Part shown: positions 13,245 to 25,780 of the stretch, one piece after another
How positions within the stretch are numbered: position 1 is the first letter of the stretch
Layout of the letters: each line of letters starts with the position of its first letter
Assembly: GCF_044704955.1 (NCBI RefSeq)
Contig: NW_027251843.1
Span: forward strand, 434,001 to 498,000
Length of the DNA stretch: 64,000 nucleotides
Source: Pristiophorus japonicus
Lineage: Eukaryota
Direction of reading: 5' to 3'
Position numbers and translations under genes: made by a program
Notes under the pieces: model-generated
What the model saw: the letters and a program-made list of their open reading frames with translations, nothing else
Databases searched by the model: none
What the model was told of the DNA's origin: nothing

Positions 13245-14970
13245 ATGGAAGAGGGGATTTCCTCGTATGTGTTTAAGAAGGTAAATGTGGCTAAGGAGTG
13301 GGTACTCGATCTATTGTATGCTGAGCATCCAGAAGATGCTGCAGCTCAATGCACCGAGAGCAAGGACCATAAAAAGTCAATAGAGAAGGCTATTTGGCTA
13401 ATTTGCCTTCAGCAACAGATCCGGCTTCTAGATGAGGAGAATGAGAATTAAAGGGAGTATTGAGACAGGCAGAAGAGAGGTCCAACGCAAGGGCCACAGT
13501 CGGGGAAAGGCTGTGGACAGAGGTGGGAAAGTTAAAGGAAAGTAGAGAGCTCACTAAAGAAAGGCACAAAACCCAATTGGACCTTTTACAGTGTCAGATT
13601 ATTGAAGCCAAGAATAGCGAACGGGCATTGCGGGAAGAGAATTCCTGCCTCGCCAAGCAAGTTAAAGAGTACGGGCAGAGGGTGAGAGACATTCAGATAG
13701 CCTATAAGGTAGCCAGTACCAGGGAATTTGAGGCAAGAGACCACGGCCCCTGCCAGCAGCAGATCCAAAGCTTGAACCTTGCTCTATCCCGGGCTAAAGG
13801 CATGGTGTGCCTGATAAACCCGGGTTTAGCCCAGGAACACCTGGTTGGGCAAGGAGAAACCCCTCAGTCACCGCCTGCAGCTCCCAGGAACGGCCCGGAG
13901 CAGCAGGGGTGTCAGCCAGAGTGCGGGGCAGGCAAGGATTGCAAACTACCAACACCGGCAGCCCCGAGTTTTAACTCGGCTTGGCAGCAGGGGGAAGAGG
14001 GCAAGCCATAAAAGAAGGGCCAAAACCAGGGCCAATGGACCCGGTCCGGCAGCAGAAGTTTGGCCCGCCTGATGCCAATGGGGCAGCAGGACCCCTAGAA
14101 AGCAACTTCGTAGTCCCCCACGACACCCAAAAACTGAGGGCTATGATAGGCCACCTAAGTAAGCTCACCCAACAGGGGGATCCCTCGGTACACTTCCTGG
14201 AAGTGGAACACACAGGGGATATTAACGGGTGTGATGATTCAGAGCAGGCTAAGTTGTTGCTCTTCTCGCTAGACACCAAGCTGTGAAACACGTACGCTAC
14301 GGTTAAGGAGGAGGTTCTAGAGGCCATGGGTATGAACGACGGGAGTCCTTTCTCCCGAGTGGAGAAAACAGAACAGCTCTATGGGAAGACTCCACAGGCT
14401 TTCGCTGACAGGTTGTGGCCGGTCTACGAAAGGGCCTGTAGTGGGGTTCTTGACCGGGCCCCCCTGACCCCTAACGAGCTGGCTCACTGGCTCCGCAGCC
14501 TGGTGGCAAACAGCTTACCTGGAGTAAAGGCAAAAGCTGAGGTCTGGTTCGATCCAAGAGATCCCAGAACCACCGAGGAGACAGTGGTCAGACAGTTGAC
14601 ACTGGCTTACCGAAACGGTAGAGGGACAGAGGAGCCCTCCTCTAAAGGGAGGGTCCATGAGATTAAACCCAGCCAAGGCAAGAGAGAGTGGCATCAGGAA
14701 GGTGGGAACCCTCCCCACAAAGGGGGCGAGTGTTTTGGGTGTGGGAAAAGTGGGCACTGGAGGAAGGACTGTAGGAACCCATGGAAAGAGACTAAGGGAA
14801 AGGCCACTTCAGCCCCAGCCCGTAAGGCCGGGGCAGGAACACCCGACACATATGAGACACTAGTAGCCACCCTACAGACACTCATAAACAGACAGGGAGC
14901 AGTAGCTATCGCAACCGGTCCAGCAGTCGGTACGGTAAAACCCTCTGCTCCAACCCACCCAGATGCATGA
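13245..14970 (+). pseudogene. gag: gag (coiled-coil N-terminus, capsid-like region, CCHC zinc knuckle), with frameshifts and stops
   Basis: ATG at 13245; ORF pieces 13098-13451, 13460-14011, 13981-14286, 14326-14970; CFGCGKSGHWRKDC knuckle. Confidence 0.88.
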
Positions 14971-17900
14971 CTAGAGCCAGCGCAGCCTGTGTACCTTTGT
15001 TCCCGAGAGTACGATGCCTGGAAGAGACCGTGCGTTACTATGGAAGTGGAGAAAGTGAAAGGGACCTACCTGCTAGATACTGGTGCTTCCAGCACCCTTG
15101 TATATGCAGATAACCCAGCTACCTCACCTTTATCGAACGGGGTCCCGTACAGTCTAGTGGGGTTCACAGGCAATGAGCAAACTGGTTCATTTTCCATCCC
15201 GCTCACCATTTAGTTAGGGACACTCAAAACCAAATGGAAATGTGTCCTGATGGAATGGAAGCAGAAGGGAAAAGGGATCCTGGGGGCTGATTTTATCATT
15301 AGCCACCAGATCCTAGTGGATCTCAGGAACCACTGTCTATGGGGAGCCATAGTGACTGACAGGGAAGGTGAGGTGGCGGTGATCCCAGAAAAAGGGGCCA
15401 AGGGAACATTGTGTACCGTGAAGCCAAAGGAGGGTTATGACTTGGAATTACTGGTCAGTAACACCCCAGTGGAGTAGCAGGCATATGTACGGGCACACCT
15501 TGCAGCATTCGCCACCCAAACATGACTGTGGTAGGGTAACGGGGCTGGAAGTTAGTATAGTAGGGGACCCCATGACCCGACCACAAAAGCAATATAACCT
15601 CCCCAGGGAGGCAGAGGCAGACCTGACAACGGCGCTGGGATCACTGGTAGAGCAAGGGGTGTTAAGACCGATAGCAACCCATGTGAACTCTCCACTGTGG
15701 CCGGTTAAGAAACCGGACAACTCATGGAGGGCCACCGTGGACTATCGAGTACTAAATCAGAATATCCCTGCCTGTGCACCCACTGTAGCAGCCGTAGCGG
15801 ATCTCATAGGGAGTATTCCAGCATCTGCGACCACTTTCACGGTGCTGGATATTTCAAATGGGTTTTGGTCCATTCCTTTAAAACGGGAGGACCAGTACAA
15901 GTTCGCCTTTACCTTTATGGGCCAACAATACACGTGGAACTGTCTTCCCCAAGGCTTCCACAATAGTCCCAGCTTTTTTCACCAATGCATGGCGAACTGT
16001 TTAAAGGGCTTTAGCAGACCCCAGCAGTTGGTGCAGTATTGTAGAATTTACCAATATCTCGCAAAGATTCCAGGTACTTTTCCCCTACAGAGGAGAAGAA
16101 TCCCTTTCTGGGCTTTTAAAATGAGTTTAAAGGGGCAGACGAAGCCTGCGGGGGATAAAAGGGGATGCATTCATGGAGACCCCCACCCGCCCCCGCAGTG
16201 TTTGGACTCATAAGAAAGGGAATTCAAAATGGACCTAAATTACAGAAGCTTGAGATCCCCTAAACATCTATGGGAAGGAGCATATCAATTTTAAGATTCT
16301 ACAACATTTTGGCTGCGAAAAAAGAGTTACCAAATACAGGAGGTGGAGCCAACGTCTGAAGAAAATTTGTTTATAAAGGATCCCAGACAGTCTGGGGGAA
16401 CTATTCACCCCCTAAGAAATAATCGAATTACCCAATCAAGCACAATGGAAATCATGGTCAGAAAAACTGGACAATCCTAAAACAATGCAAAACCAGTGAT
16501 AGCACATTCTCACACCCTAATCGAGTTACTGCTGACAAAGGAGACATTTGAAAATCAATGGACAGAACAGTTCAAACAGAGCCCAAGAGATTTGATGGGA
16601 GATAACAGAGCCTTTTATTGGGACATATCTATCTCCCAGTTTTACAAGGAAAAACTAGCAGAACTCAAAAACTAGCAGAACACAGAAATGAGCAGCACAC
16701 AGGAGAGAAGCAGAAAAACTAGGAGAACACAGGAGAGAAGCAGAACACAGACTGGAACTCGCACAGACTGGAACACAGACACAGACAAGCAGCCTGCTTG
16801 CTCTACAGTGAAGAAATGGAATAGTGAAGGAAACTACCAGAACTTATCAGGAACTGACCGAGCACGAGGCCCACGAAACGGAAGGTTGTCAGCAACCAAA
16901 TTGACAACCACTCTACAATCTACTTCTGAACAAACCAATGGGGGAGAAATTACCAAAAGGGACGAACTAAACTATTCCTAACCAAAGAAAGTGGGTACTT
17001 ACCCCATACATCCAAAACGCAACTTACCGCATCAACGGACGCACCCCAACTGAAGACTACGCAGTCCGAAGTCCTCTCCTCCATCCGGGGTACGGCTTGC
17101 ATCGAAGGCCAAGTGCAGCAAACCCCAAAACCGCGATTCACCGGCAACTGTCGAAAGGGATTGGTGAGCATAGCCCCTGAACCCTCAGAGCTATAACTTA
17201 GTTAGTTAGGGGAATTGGGAGGGGGGAGGCTGGGATAACTTGTGTAAATGTTTCTGCATTCTCCTCTTTACCCCATTTAGAGTTTAAGCTGTATTCTTTT
17301 CCCCACAGGCTGTAATTTGACATTTTATTCAATGTGTTGTACCCCTCAGTGTGTATTGGTCTGTGTGTGTTATTAAAGGTGTGCCTTTTACTTCTTTTTA
17401 AACACAATAAAGCCATACCTGCTACCGACGTTGAAACCGATTGTCTGTCCAAGTCTGTCACAGTCCCTTCATAATTCCAGTGTCTAGAGCCAAGGGTGTG
17501 GGAGCGATTTGAAACCGCTTATATAAGGTCAGAAGGGAAAGCTGACCCCCTGCAAACCACCCCTTACAGTGTGTGGATGATCTGCTCCTGTTCACCAATC
17601 AGGGGGAGGAGCATGGCCCACTGCTGGCTGAGCTGCTGGAGCTGCTAAAAGAAGAAGGGTTTGAAGTAAACCCCAAGAAGGCACAGATCGACCAGAAGGA
17701 AGTCAAATTCCTGGGGCTGACTGTGCGCACTGGGGAAAGGGCCATCGACAAGGCTAGAATGGAGGCAGTACAGGAGTTACCAGCCCCCAACACAGTGACA
17801 GGGGTAAGATTCTTTCTTGGACTCACCGGGTACTGCAGAGACTTCATTGAGGATTATGCAGCCACCGCAGCCCCTCTGCTCAGGCTCCTACACAAGAGTG

Positions 17901-20675
17901 CAGAGTGGGACTGGGATGAGGGTTGCAAGGCAGCATTTAACCAGCTCAAGAAGGACTTGCAGACCGCGCCAGCCTTAGGAGTGATAGATGTAGGAAAGGA
18001 GTTTTTCCTGGAGGTGGCAGCCAGCGGGGACAGTTTGAGCTCAGTGCTGCTTCAAGAGCGGCACAGCCAGCTGAGACCGGTGGTTTACTCCTCCAGGATC
18101 CTCACAGATGTGGAGAAGGGGTACTCCAACTGTGCGAGACATCTCCTAGCCACACATTGGGCAGTGAAAAGATCCTTGATCTTCACGGGAAGGTCTCCTC
18201 TAACACTCCTAATCCACCACACACCTACTCAGATGCTCCTAGATGGGAGGATTAAGGGCGGGACGGTGAGCAGTGCCCGCATTGCTCACTGGACGCTGCT
18301 CCTCTCCCAGATGGACCTCAGAGAAGAAGGCCCCCACGAGCCAAGGCTCTCAGCCAAACTAATCTATCCAGGGAAAGCCCACAGGTGCTCCATAGAAGGG
18401 GTATGGGAGGTGAACATTGGCCTTCGGGCTGGGTTACACCCTACAGGCCGGGACATCGACGTGGAAGGGTCCAGCACGGTATCTGCTGACGAGCGACTCA
18501 CTGGGTGCGGAGTCTACGACCCAAGGACAGGTATTGCACTGGCAATCAAGCTCCCCAGCACCATGAGCGCCCAGCACGCTAAACTGTCCGCCATAATGTA
18601 CGTGGTGATCCACCCCGAGGAATTCCCTACTCCGTACACGATTTGCTCGGACAGTATGGTCACCTGCAATTCATGTACGGAGTACCTGGCTCTCTGGTCC
18701 CGTCGCGGATACACGTCCGCTGATGGGAGACCCCTGGCAATCAAGCCCCTGCTGGAGAAAATCATGACAGCGGTGGGGGAAGAAGGAAAGGTCTACATAC
18801 ATAAGGTGAAGGCCCATTCAAAAACCGAACCCCGTGCAGAGGGAAACCAACAGGCTGACAAACTGGCCAAAGAAGGTGCCCGCACGGGAAAGTTCTGGGA
18901 CTCCTTTGACACCGGCCGCATAGCAGCGGTCAAGAATAAAAACAGGGCAGCAGAGAGTGCAGGGGATAGCCTTGGCCCCGGACTTAAAAACAGTTCAGCT
19001 ACAGGACCCGGTCTGAAAGCTGTCCTGAACGTGCTAGCTAGAGGAGAGAGATTAGAAGGTCCGTACGGAACAGCAGCCATTACCCTTAAGGAAGGCATGC
19101 TGTTTAAAGAGGGACAATGGGTCGTGCCACAGCAGCACCAGAGGGAATTCCTAAAACTGGCCCATGAGGGTCCAGGAGCGGGACACCCCGGGCCTGAGAC
19201 CACCTGGCAACGGGTGGAACAGGCAGGATCGTGGCCGGGACTCAGGGAGGACCTCCGCGAGTTCTGTGCGAACTGCCTGGTGTGTGCTGCGAACAACCCT
19301 GACCCCCAGAAAAGGAAGGTGTCCCTAGGACACATCAGGAGGGTAGAGGGACCATGGCAGTCAATCCAAATTGACTACATCTGCCCTTACCCACTGCCCA
19401 GGGAGGCTACAAATACTGCCTCGTCCTGGTGGACGTGTTCTCAAAATGGGTTGAAGCCTTCCCCTGCCGAACAGCCACCGCACTAGGGACAGTTAAGATT
19501 CTAGTCAGGGAAGTGTTCTCCCGGTGGGGACTCCCACAGTATGTGGAGTCGGACCAGGGGAGCCATTTCACCGGGCAGGTAATGCAGGCAACCCTTAAGG
19601 AGCTCGGCATTGAGGGGAAATGGCACGTTGCCCACAATCCACAGTCATCCGGTATTGTGGAGCGTTTAAACCGCACCATTAAAGAAAGGCTGCGGAAGAA
19701 AATGGGAGACTCACCCCAAAAGTGGGTGGAGGTCTTACCGTTGGTCCTAATGGGGATCCGAGCCCAGCCAGTCAGAGCACGGGGTATTCCCCATACGAGC
19801 TCATGACTGGCCGGATCATGCAGACCCCCACCCATGTCCTAGCCCCGGTGCTCACAGAAGGCCAGCTCAGAGAGGTGTACCAGGACCAGTTTGTCAGGAA
19901 CCTGTTTGAACACCTCAAATAGATTCACTGGCAGGCTGCTAGTAACATGGGCAGACAGCATCAGGGGAACCGATTGCTGCTAGAACCCAGCAAACACCAC
20001 GAATGGGAGATGGGGGACCAGCTCATGGTGAGGAACTGTGCTCGGGTCAGGGTTTTTGAAGCATTATATATGGGGCCATACAGCATTGTGGATAAGGCAA
20101 GCCTGATGGTCTATGCCATAAAGCTGCCCCGCCGTACTAAGTGGTTCCACATCAATCAGTGCAAGCTGTACAACCTAGGATCAGCCAAACACAGATGGCA
20201 GCCGGGAGGGGTGAACCGTCCTCAGGACAGGGACCCTCCGTTGGCCGCCCCTGACAGTGGAGGGCCCACAGGGAATGTGGCAGGCTCAGAAACCGTGCCT
20301 ATAGGGGCGGTGAATTGCAGTACTGGAGGAGCTATCCCACCCATCGTTTGGGATTCGGACGCACCCCCAGTAACCCAAGCCCTGAGAAGGCCCTTCCGTA
20401 CACCACGGCCAAAGATACCGTGGTCACCGGCATCTGAGCCTCAGCGATTCTACCCTTGGAGAAGGGCAGCCCGACAGGAAAGGCCGAATGTCAGAAGTAC
20501 AGAGGATGCTCAGAGTAGGGACCACCAGCCAGCCGCCTCCAGCGGTGAGGGTCTCACAGGAGCAGTAGCAACGAGCTGTCCCAGAGACAAGGGTCTCCAG
20601 CTCACCGGGAGCGGGGAAATCCTAGCATCCAGGCGGCTATCAGGCCGCACAAGGCATGGGCCTGACAGGGACTAA
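14971..20675 (+). pseudogene. pol: pol (protease-RT-tether-RNase H-integrase with GPY/F tail), disrupted by stops, frameshifts and a solo LTR
   Basis: LLDTGAS; LDISNGFWS, LPQGFHNSP, QY|VDD; tether FFLEVAAS..LRPVVYSS; RNase H VEGSS/SAQHAKL/SDS/KVKAH/GNQQADKLAK; integrase H-H-C-C, IQIDY, SDQGSHF, VERLNRTIK; YMGPY. Confidence 0.92.
16040..17568 (+). mobile_element. Solo LTR (1529 bp) of the same family, inserted into the RT gene
   Basis: TGTAGAATT...CCTTACA, homologous to 21229-22664; flanked by GTAT/GTGT (4-bp TSD with one mismatch). Confidence 0.95.
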
Positions 20676-21228
20676 CCAGGCCACCTGGAGACGGGTGGTG
20701 GTTGTATATAGCTCTAATTTTAGTTTAAGGCAGCTGACTGCACCATTTTAAGGTTTAGTTTAGAATTGAGGGTAATGTTGCAGTAATGTTTAGGTGATTA
20801 TTTTGAGTTTGTCTTGTGTGTCAGCCAGCCTGAGAGCAGTTCTCAAGGGCAGGATCCAGACATTACCAGGTGATGGACAAACCTCAGGAGACCAATTGAT
20901 GTTGTTTAATTTTAATCTAGGGTTTTTTCCCTTCTGTAATGTGGTTGTACGTTGCCTATATGCTGGTGAATATAATGTAACTGAAATGAAATGTAACTGT
21001 GCTGAAATGCAATTGTAGTGATTGAACCCCCTCCAAGCTGGGATGGTATAAATGTAAAAAGTTTGTACCTGTAAAGGGAAAAGTGTGCATCTATGGTGAT
21101 GTTGCATAAATGTAATGCATTTTGGATATTAGTTTAGCTAATTTACGGGGAAGGTTATCTCTTAGGAGTCAGGAAATTTGCTCACCTCGAAGAATGATAC
21201 CATAAGTGATATGGTATCACAGGGAGAA

Positions 21229-22664
21229 TGTAGAATTTACCAATATCTCGCAAAGATTCCAGGTACCTTTCCCCTGCAGAGGAGAAGAATCCCTTTCTGG
21301 GCTTTTAAAATGAGTTTAAAGGGGCAGACGAAGCCTGCGGGGGATAAAAGGGGATGCATTCATGGAGACCCCCCCCCCCCCGCCAGTGTTTAGACTCATA
21401 GGAAAGGGAATTCAAAATGGACATAAATTACAGAAGCTTGAGATCCCCTAAACATCTATGGGAAGGAGCATATCAATTTTAAGATTCTACAACATTTTGG
21501 CTGCGAAAAAGAGTTACCAAATACAGGAGGTGGAGCCAACATCTGAAACAAATTTGTGTATTAAGGATCCCAGGCTATTCACCCCCTAAGAGATAATCGG
21601 ATTACCCAATCAAGCACAATGGAAATCATGGTCAGAAAAACTGGACAATCCTAAAACAATGCAAAACCAGTGACAGCACATTCTCACACCCTAATTGAGT
21701 TACTGCTGACAAAGGAGACATTTGAAAATCAATGGACAGAACAGTTTAAACAGAGCCCAAGAGATTTGATGGGAGATAACAGAGCTTTTTTTGGGAATAT
21801 ATCTATCCCCCAGTTTTACAAGGAAAGACTAGCAGAACACAGAAGCTAGCAGAACACAGACTCGAACAAGGAACAGACTGGAACACAGACACAGACACAA
21901 GCAGCTGGAGCTGGGGAGTGAAGAAATGGAGTAGTGAAGGAAATTACAAGAAATCCTCAAGGACCGACCAACCAAAACCTACTCAGCAAAAACCGAAGAA
22001 TCGTCATTTATTTCCACTCTACAATCTACTTCTGAACAGCCAACGGGTGAGAAATTACCTAAAAGGACTAACTGAAACCAAAGAAAGTGGCTACTTATCC
22101 CATACATCCGAAACGCAACTTACCGCATCAACGGACGCACCCCAACTGAAGACTACGCAGTCCGAAGTCCTCACCTCCATCCGGGGTGTGGCTTGCCCAG
22201 AAGGCCAAGTGCAGAGAACCCCGAAACCGTGATTTACCGGCAACTGTCTAAAGGGATTGGTGAGCATCGCCCATGAACCCTCAGAGCTATAGCTTAGTTA
22301 GTTAGGGGAATTGGGAGGGGGGAGGCTGGGATAACTTGTGTAAATATAGCTGCATTCTCCTTTTTACCCCATTTAGAGTTTAAGCTGTATTCTTTTCCCC
22401 ACAGGCTGTAATTTGACATTTTATTCAATGTGTTGTACCCCTCAGTGTGTATTGGTCTGTGTGTGTTATTAAAGGTGTGCCTTTTACTTCTTTTTAAACA
22501 CAATAAAGCCATACCTGCTTCCTACCTTGAAACCGATTGTCTGTCCAAGTCTGACACAGTCCCTTCATAATTCCAATGCCGAGAACCAAGGGTGTGGGAG
22601 CGATTCGGAACCACTCATATAAGGTCAGAAGGGAAAGCTGACCCCCTGAAAACCACCCCTTACA
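21229..22664 (+). mobile_element. 3' LTR (1436 bp) preceded by PPT AGGGAGAA (21221-21228)
   Basis: TG...CA termini; AATAAA at ~22502; last ~260 bp match 12908-13170. Confidence 0.95.
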
Positions 22665-22829
22665 CGGTGAAATATCCGATTACCCTCAATGATACAATTA
22701 ATGAATAAACAGAATAACTGAGCACAGCCCAGAGGCGGGTGCCAGTGTTTCCAGTCGAGGAATGTAATATTTCGCCCCAGACTTCCATCCACTGAATTAC
22801 ACCAGGAATGGCTGGTGATCTGATAATGG

Positions 22830-25780
22830 CTGCCCATGTCCTAACTCACAGCAGATCCCAATACCCCATTACACCTGTGCTCGCTGACCTACATTTGCTC
22901 CCTGTCCAACAATGCCTCAATTTTAATATCAACATCCTTGTTTACAAATTTCTTCATGGCCTCTGTCAGGTCCACCAGCTCTGTGACTTTGTGAGCTCTC
23001 TGTGTTTCTCTGAACCTGGCATCTTACACATCCCCAAATGTTAACTACTCCACCATTGGCAGCCGTGCTTTCGGCTGCCTGTGCCCCAAGCTCTGGGACT
23101 CCCTCCCTAAACCTCCATACCTCTCGAGCTCTCCTCCTCCTTTAAGATGCTCCTTAAAAATTACCTATTTGACCAAGCTTCTTTCCTAAAACCTACTTAA
23201 GGGCCTCGGTGTCAATGTTTCCTGAATTTCCTATTGGATTTATTAATGACTGTCTTAAATCTATTTGGTTAAGTTCTGGTCTCTCCTGCAAGTGGAGACA
23301 TCTTCTCTCCCTTTACCCTATCAAACCTTTTCATATTCTTAAAGGACTCTAACTAATTATCCCTCAGTCTTCTCTTTGCTAAAGAAGAGAACCTCGGGTC
23401 TGTTCAATCCTTCCTGATCTCAGTTCTGGCATCATTCCGGTAAATCCACTTTGCACCTTCTGCAGCGTCTCCATGTCCTTTTTATAAGATGGCCACCAGA
23501 AACGTTTGCAGTATTCCAAGTGTGGTCAAAAGAAGGTTCCATCCAAGTTTAACATAACTTCAATGTTTTACAATTCTATCCCTCTCACCATGAACCCAAG
23601 TGCTTTCTTTGTTTTTATGGCCTGATGAACCTTCATCGCTACATTTAGTGATTTGTGTAACTCTACCTTCACATCCCTCTGTTCCCCACTCCCGTTTAAA
23701 CACTTATCTTCCAAGGAGAATGTCACATCCGTATTATTCCCATTAAAATGTACCACCTCACAGTTCCCTAAATTGAAGTTCATTTGCCAATTACATGCTC
23801 ATCCTGCAAGTTTATTATTGTCTCAGTTTGTTGTCACAGTCCTCCTCAGTGTTAACTATAACCCCCCATTGTGGGGGCATACACAAAGTTTGACATTGTG
23901 CTCCCGATTCCCGAGTGCAAATTGGTTATGTAAATGGTCCCAGCACCAATCCTTGGGGAACACCAGTTTCCACCTTTACCAGCTTCACTGCTTTTGAATG
24001 ATATTGACTTAGAAAGAAACCCTAGTTCATTGTTTGGTTTCAATTGCATTGCTGGCCTGCGATGCAGCTTTTAATGGTTTGTTCACCCGTATCCCAAGTT
24101 CACTTTGCTCTTCTGCCACATTCAGTTTCTTATTTTCAATGGTGTAGGTGATCCTGGAATCATAGAATGGTACAGCACAGAAGGAGGCCATTCGGCCCAT
24201 CTAGCCTGTGTTGGCTGTTTGCTCGAGTCATCCAATTAATCCCATCCTCGGCTCCTTCCCCTGTATTTTATTTACTTCAATTATTTTTGGCAAATTCCCT
24301 TTTGAAAGTTACTATTGAATCTGCTTCCACCGCCCTTTCAGGCAGCACGTTCCAGATCATAACAACTCGCTCTTTAAAAAAAATGTTTCCTCAAGTCTCT
24401 GTTGGTTCTTTTGCCAATCACATTAAATCTGTGTCCTCTGAGAACCGAACCATCTCTCAGTGGGGACAGTTGCTCCTTTATTACTTTATTCAATTTATTT
24501 AGAATCTTGATCACTGCTATCAATCTCCTCTTAACCTTCTCTGCTCTAAGGAGAACGACCCCAGCTTCTCCAGTCTCTCCATGTAACTGAGGTCCCTCAT
24601 CCCTGGAACATTCGAGAAAATCTATTCTGTACACGCTCCAAAGCCTTGCCACGCTCCCTCGAGTGCGGAGCCCAGAACTGAACAGGACCCTAGCTGAAGC
24701 CTAACCAGTGTGTTATAAAATGTTAACATAACTTCCTTGATGTTGTGCTGTATTGCTCTATTAATAAAACCAAGGATCCAGTATGCCCTTTTACTAGCCT
24801 TCTCACCTTGTCCTGCAACCATTAAAGATTAATGTGCATACACGTCTAGGTCTCTCTGTTGCTGCTCTCCCTTTAACATTGTAGCATTTAGTTCATTCTT
24901 CCTGCCAAAATACCTCACTTCACAATTCTCTGTGTGAACTTTAATCAGAGTTAAGGTGATATTGTAAGCGAAGGTTAACGATTTGGACTGGAATGCCATC
25001 GGGTAAGTGTAGGATCAGGTCAGGGACTTCTCTGAAGCTCTCAGGCCCTCCAGCCTGAATACATTTCGTGAGCTTCAAGACCCAGCCACATTTGCTGGGG
25101 ATTTAGGGCCTGTTTAAGGCTCCACTAATATTTGATTCGGTTAATGAAAAACATATAGCAGTTAACAGAGTAAGAGATAACTTTATATGCAGGAATGAGC
25201 GTCAGTTAGAAGGTGTTAAATGATTGTCCTTTTTACCGATGATCAGCCAGGAATTTGGTGAATAGCGGAGCAGGCGCGAAGGGCCGAACGGCCTAATCCT
25301 GCTCCTATTTCATAATATCTAATGTTCACCAGTCTATTCCTCCTGAAGTCTATTACACTGGTCCCCATTGTGTGCTACATTTCCTCGTCTCGTATCATCT
25401 ACAAACGATAAAATGATGCCGTGTACACCCAACTCTAGTTCATATATCAAAAAGAGCAGTACTCCTAATGCCGAGCCCTGGGATAGACAGTAGTATAGCT
25501 GCCTCCAGTCTGAGCAATAACCAGTCACCAATACTCTCTGTTCTCTGTCTCTCAGCCAATGTCATGTCCATGCTGTCCTGTCCCATTAATCCCATGGTTT
25601 AGAATTTCATCAACAAGTCAATAAGTGGCAGCTTGTCAAACGCCTTTCGAAAGTTCTGATACACATCAACCGTGATATTTCTGGATATATCTAGATTCCT
25701 TCCAAAGTGTATCACCTTGCATTCATTATATTAAAGTTCACATTACTGCACAGTCTGCATGTTTCCTAACGTCTATTGTG
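22830..25780. mobile_element. Patchwork of old L2 (+) and CR1 (mostly -) LINE fragments
   Basis: PITPVLADLH (L2); FNLGNCEVVHF, ILGFINRAI, SFVDDT (CR1) peptides. Confidence 0.7.

Larger units (their letters stand above)
12908..22664 (+). mobile_element. Retrovirus-like LTR element (spuma/lokiretrovirus-like pol, no env), decayed
   Basis: Truncated 5' LTR 12908-13170, PBS, gag, pro, RT, tether, RNase H, integrase, PPT, full 3' LTR 21229-22664 (TGTAG...TTACA). Confidence 0.93.

Noticed and set aside
19947-20675. 242-aa ORF after the integrase core as a possible env or accessory gene
   Set aside because: It begins with the integrase GPY/F domain and continues as a Pro/Arg-rich tail; no signal peptide, fusion peptide or transmembrane segment
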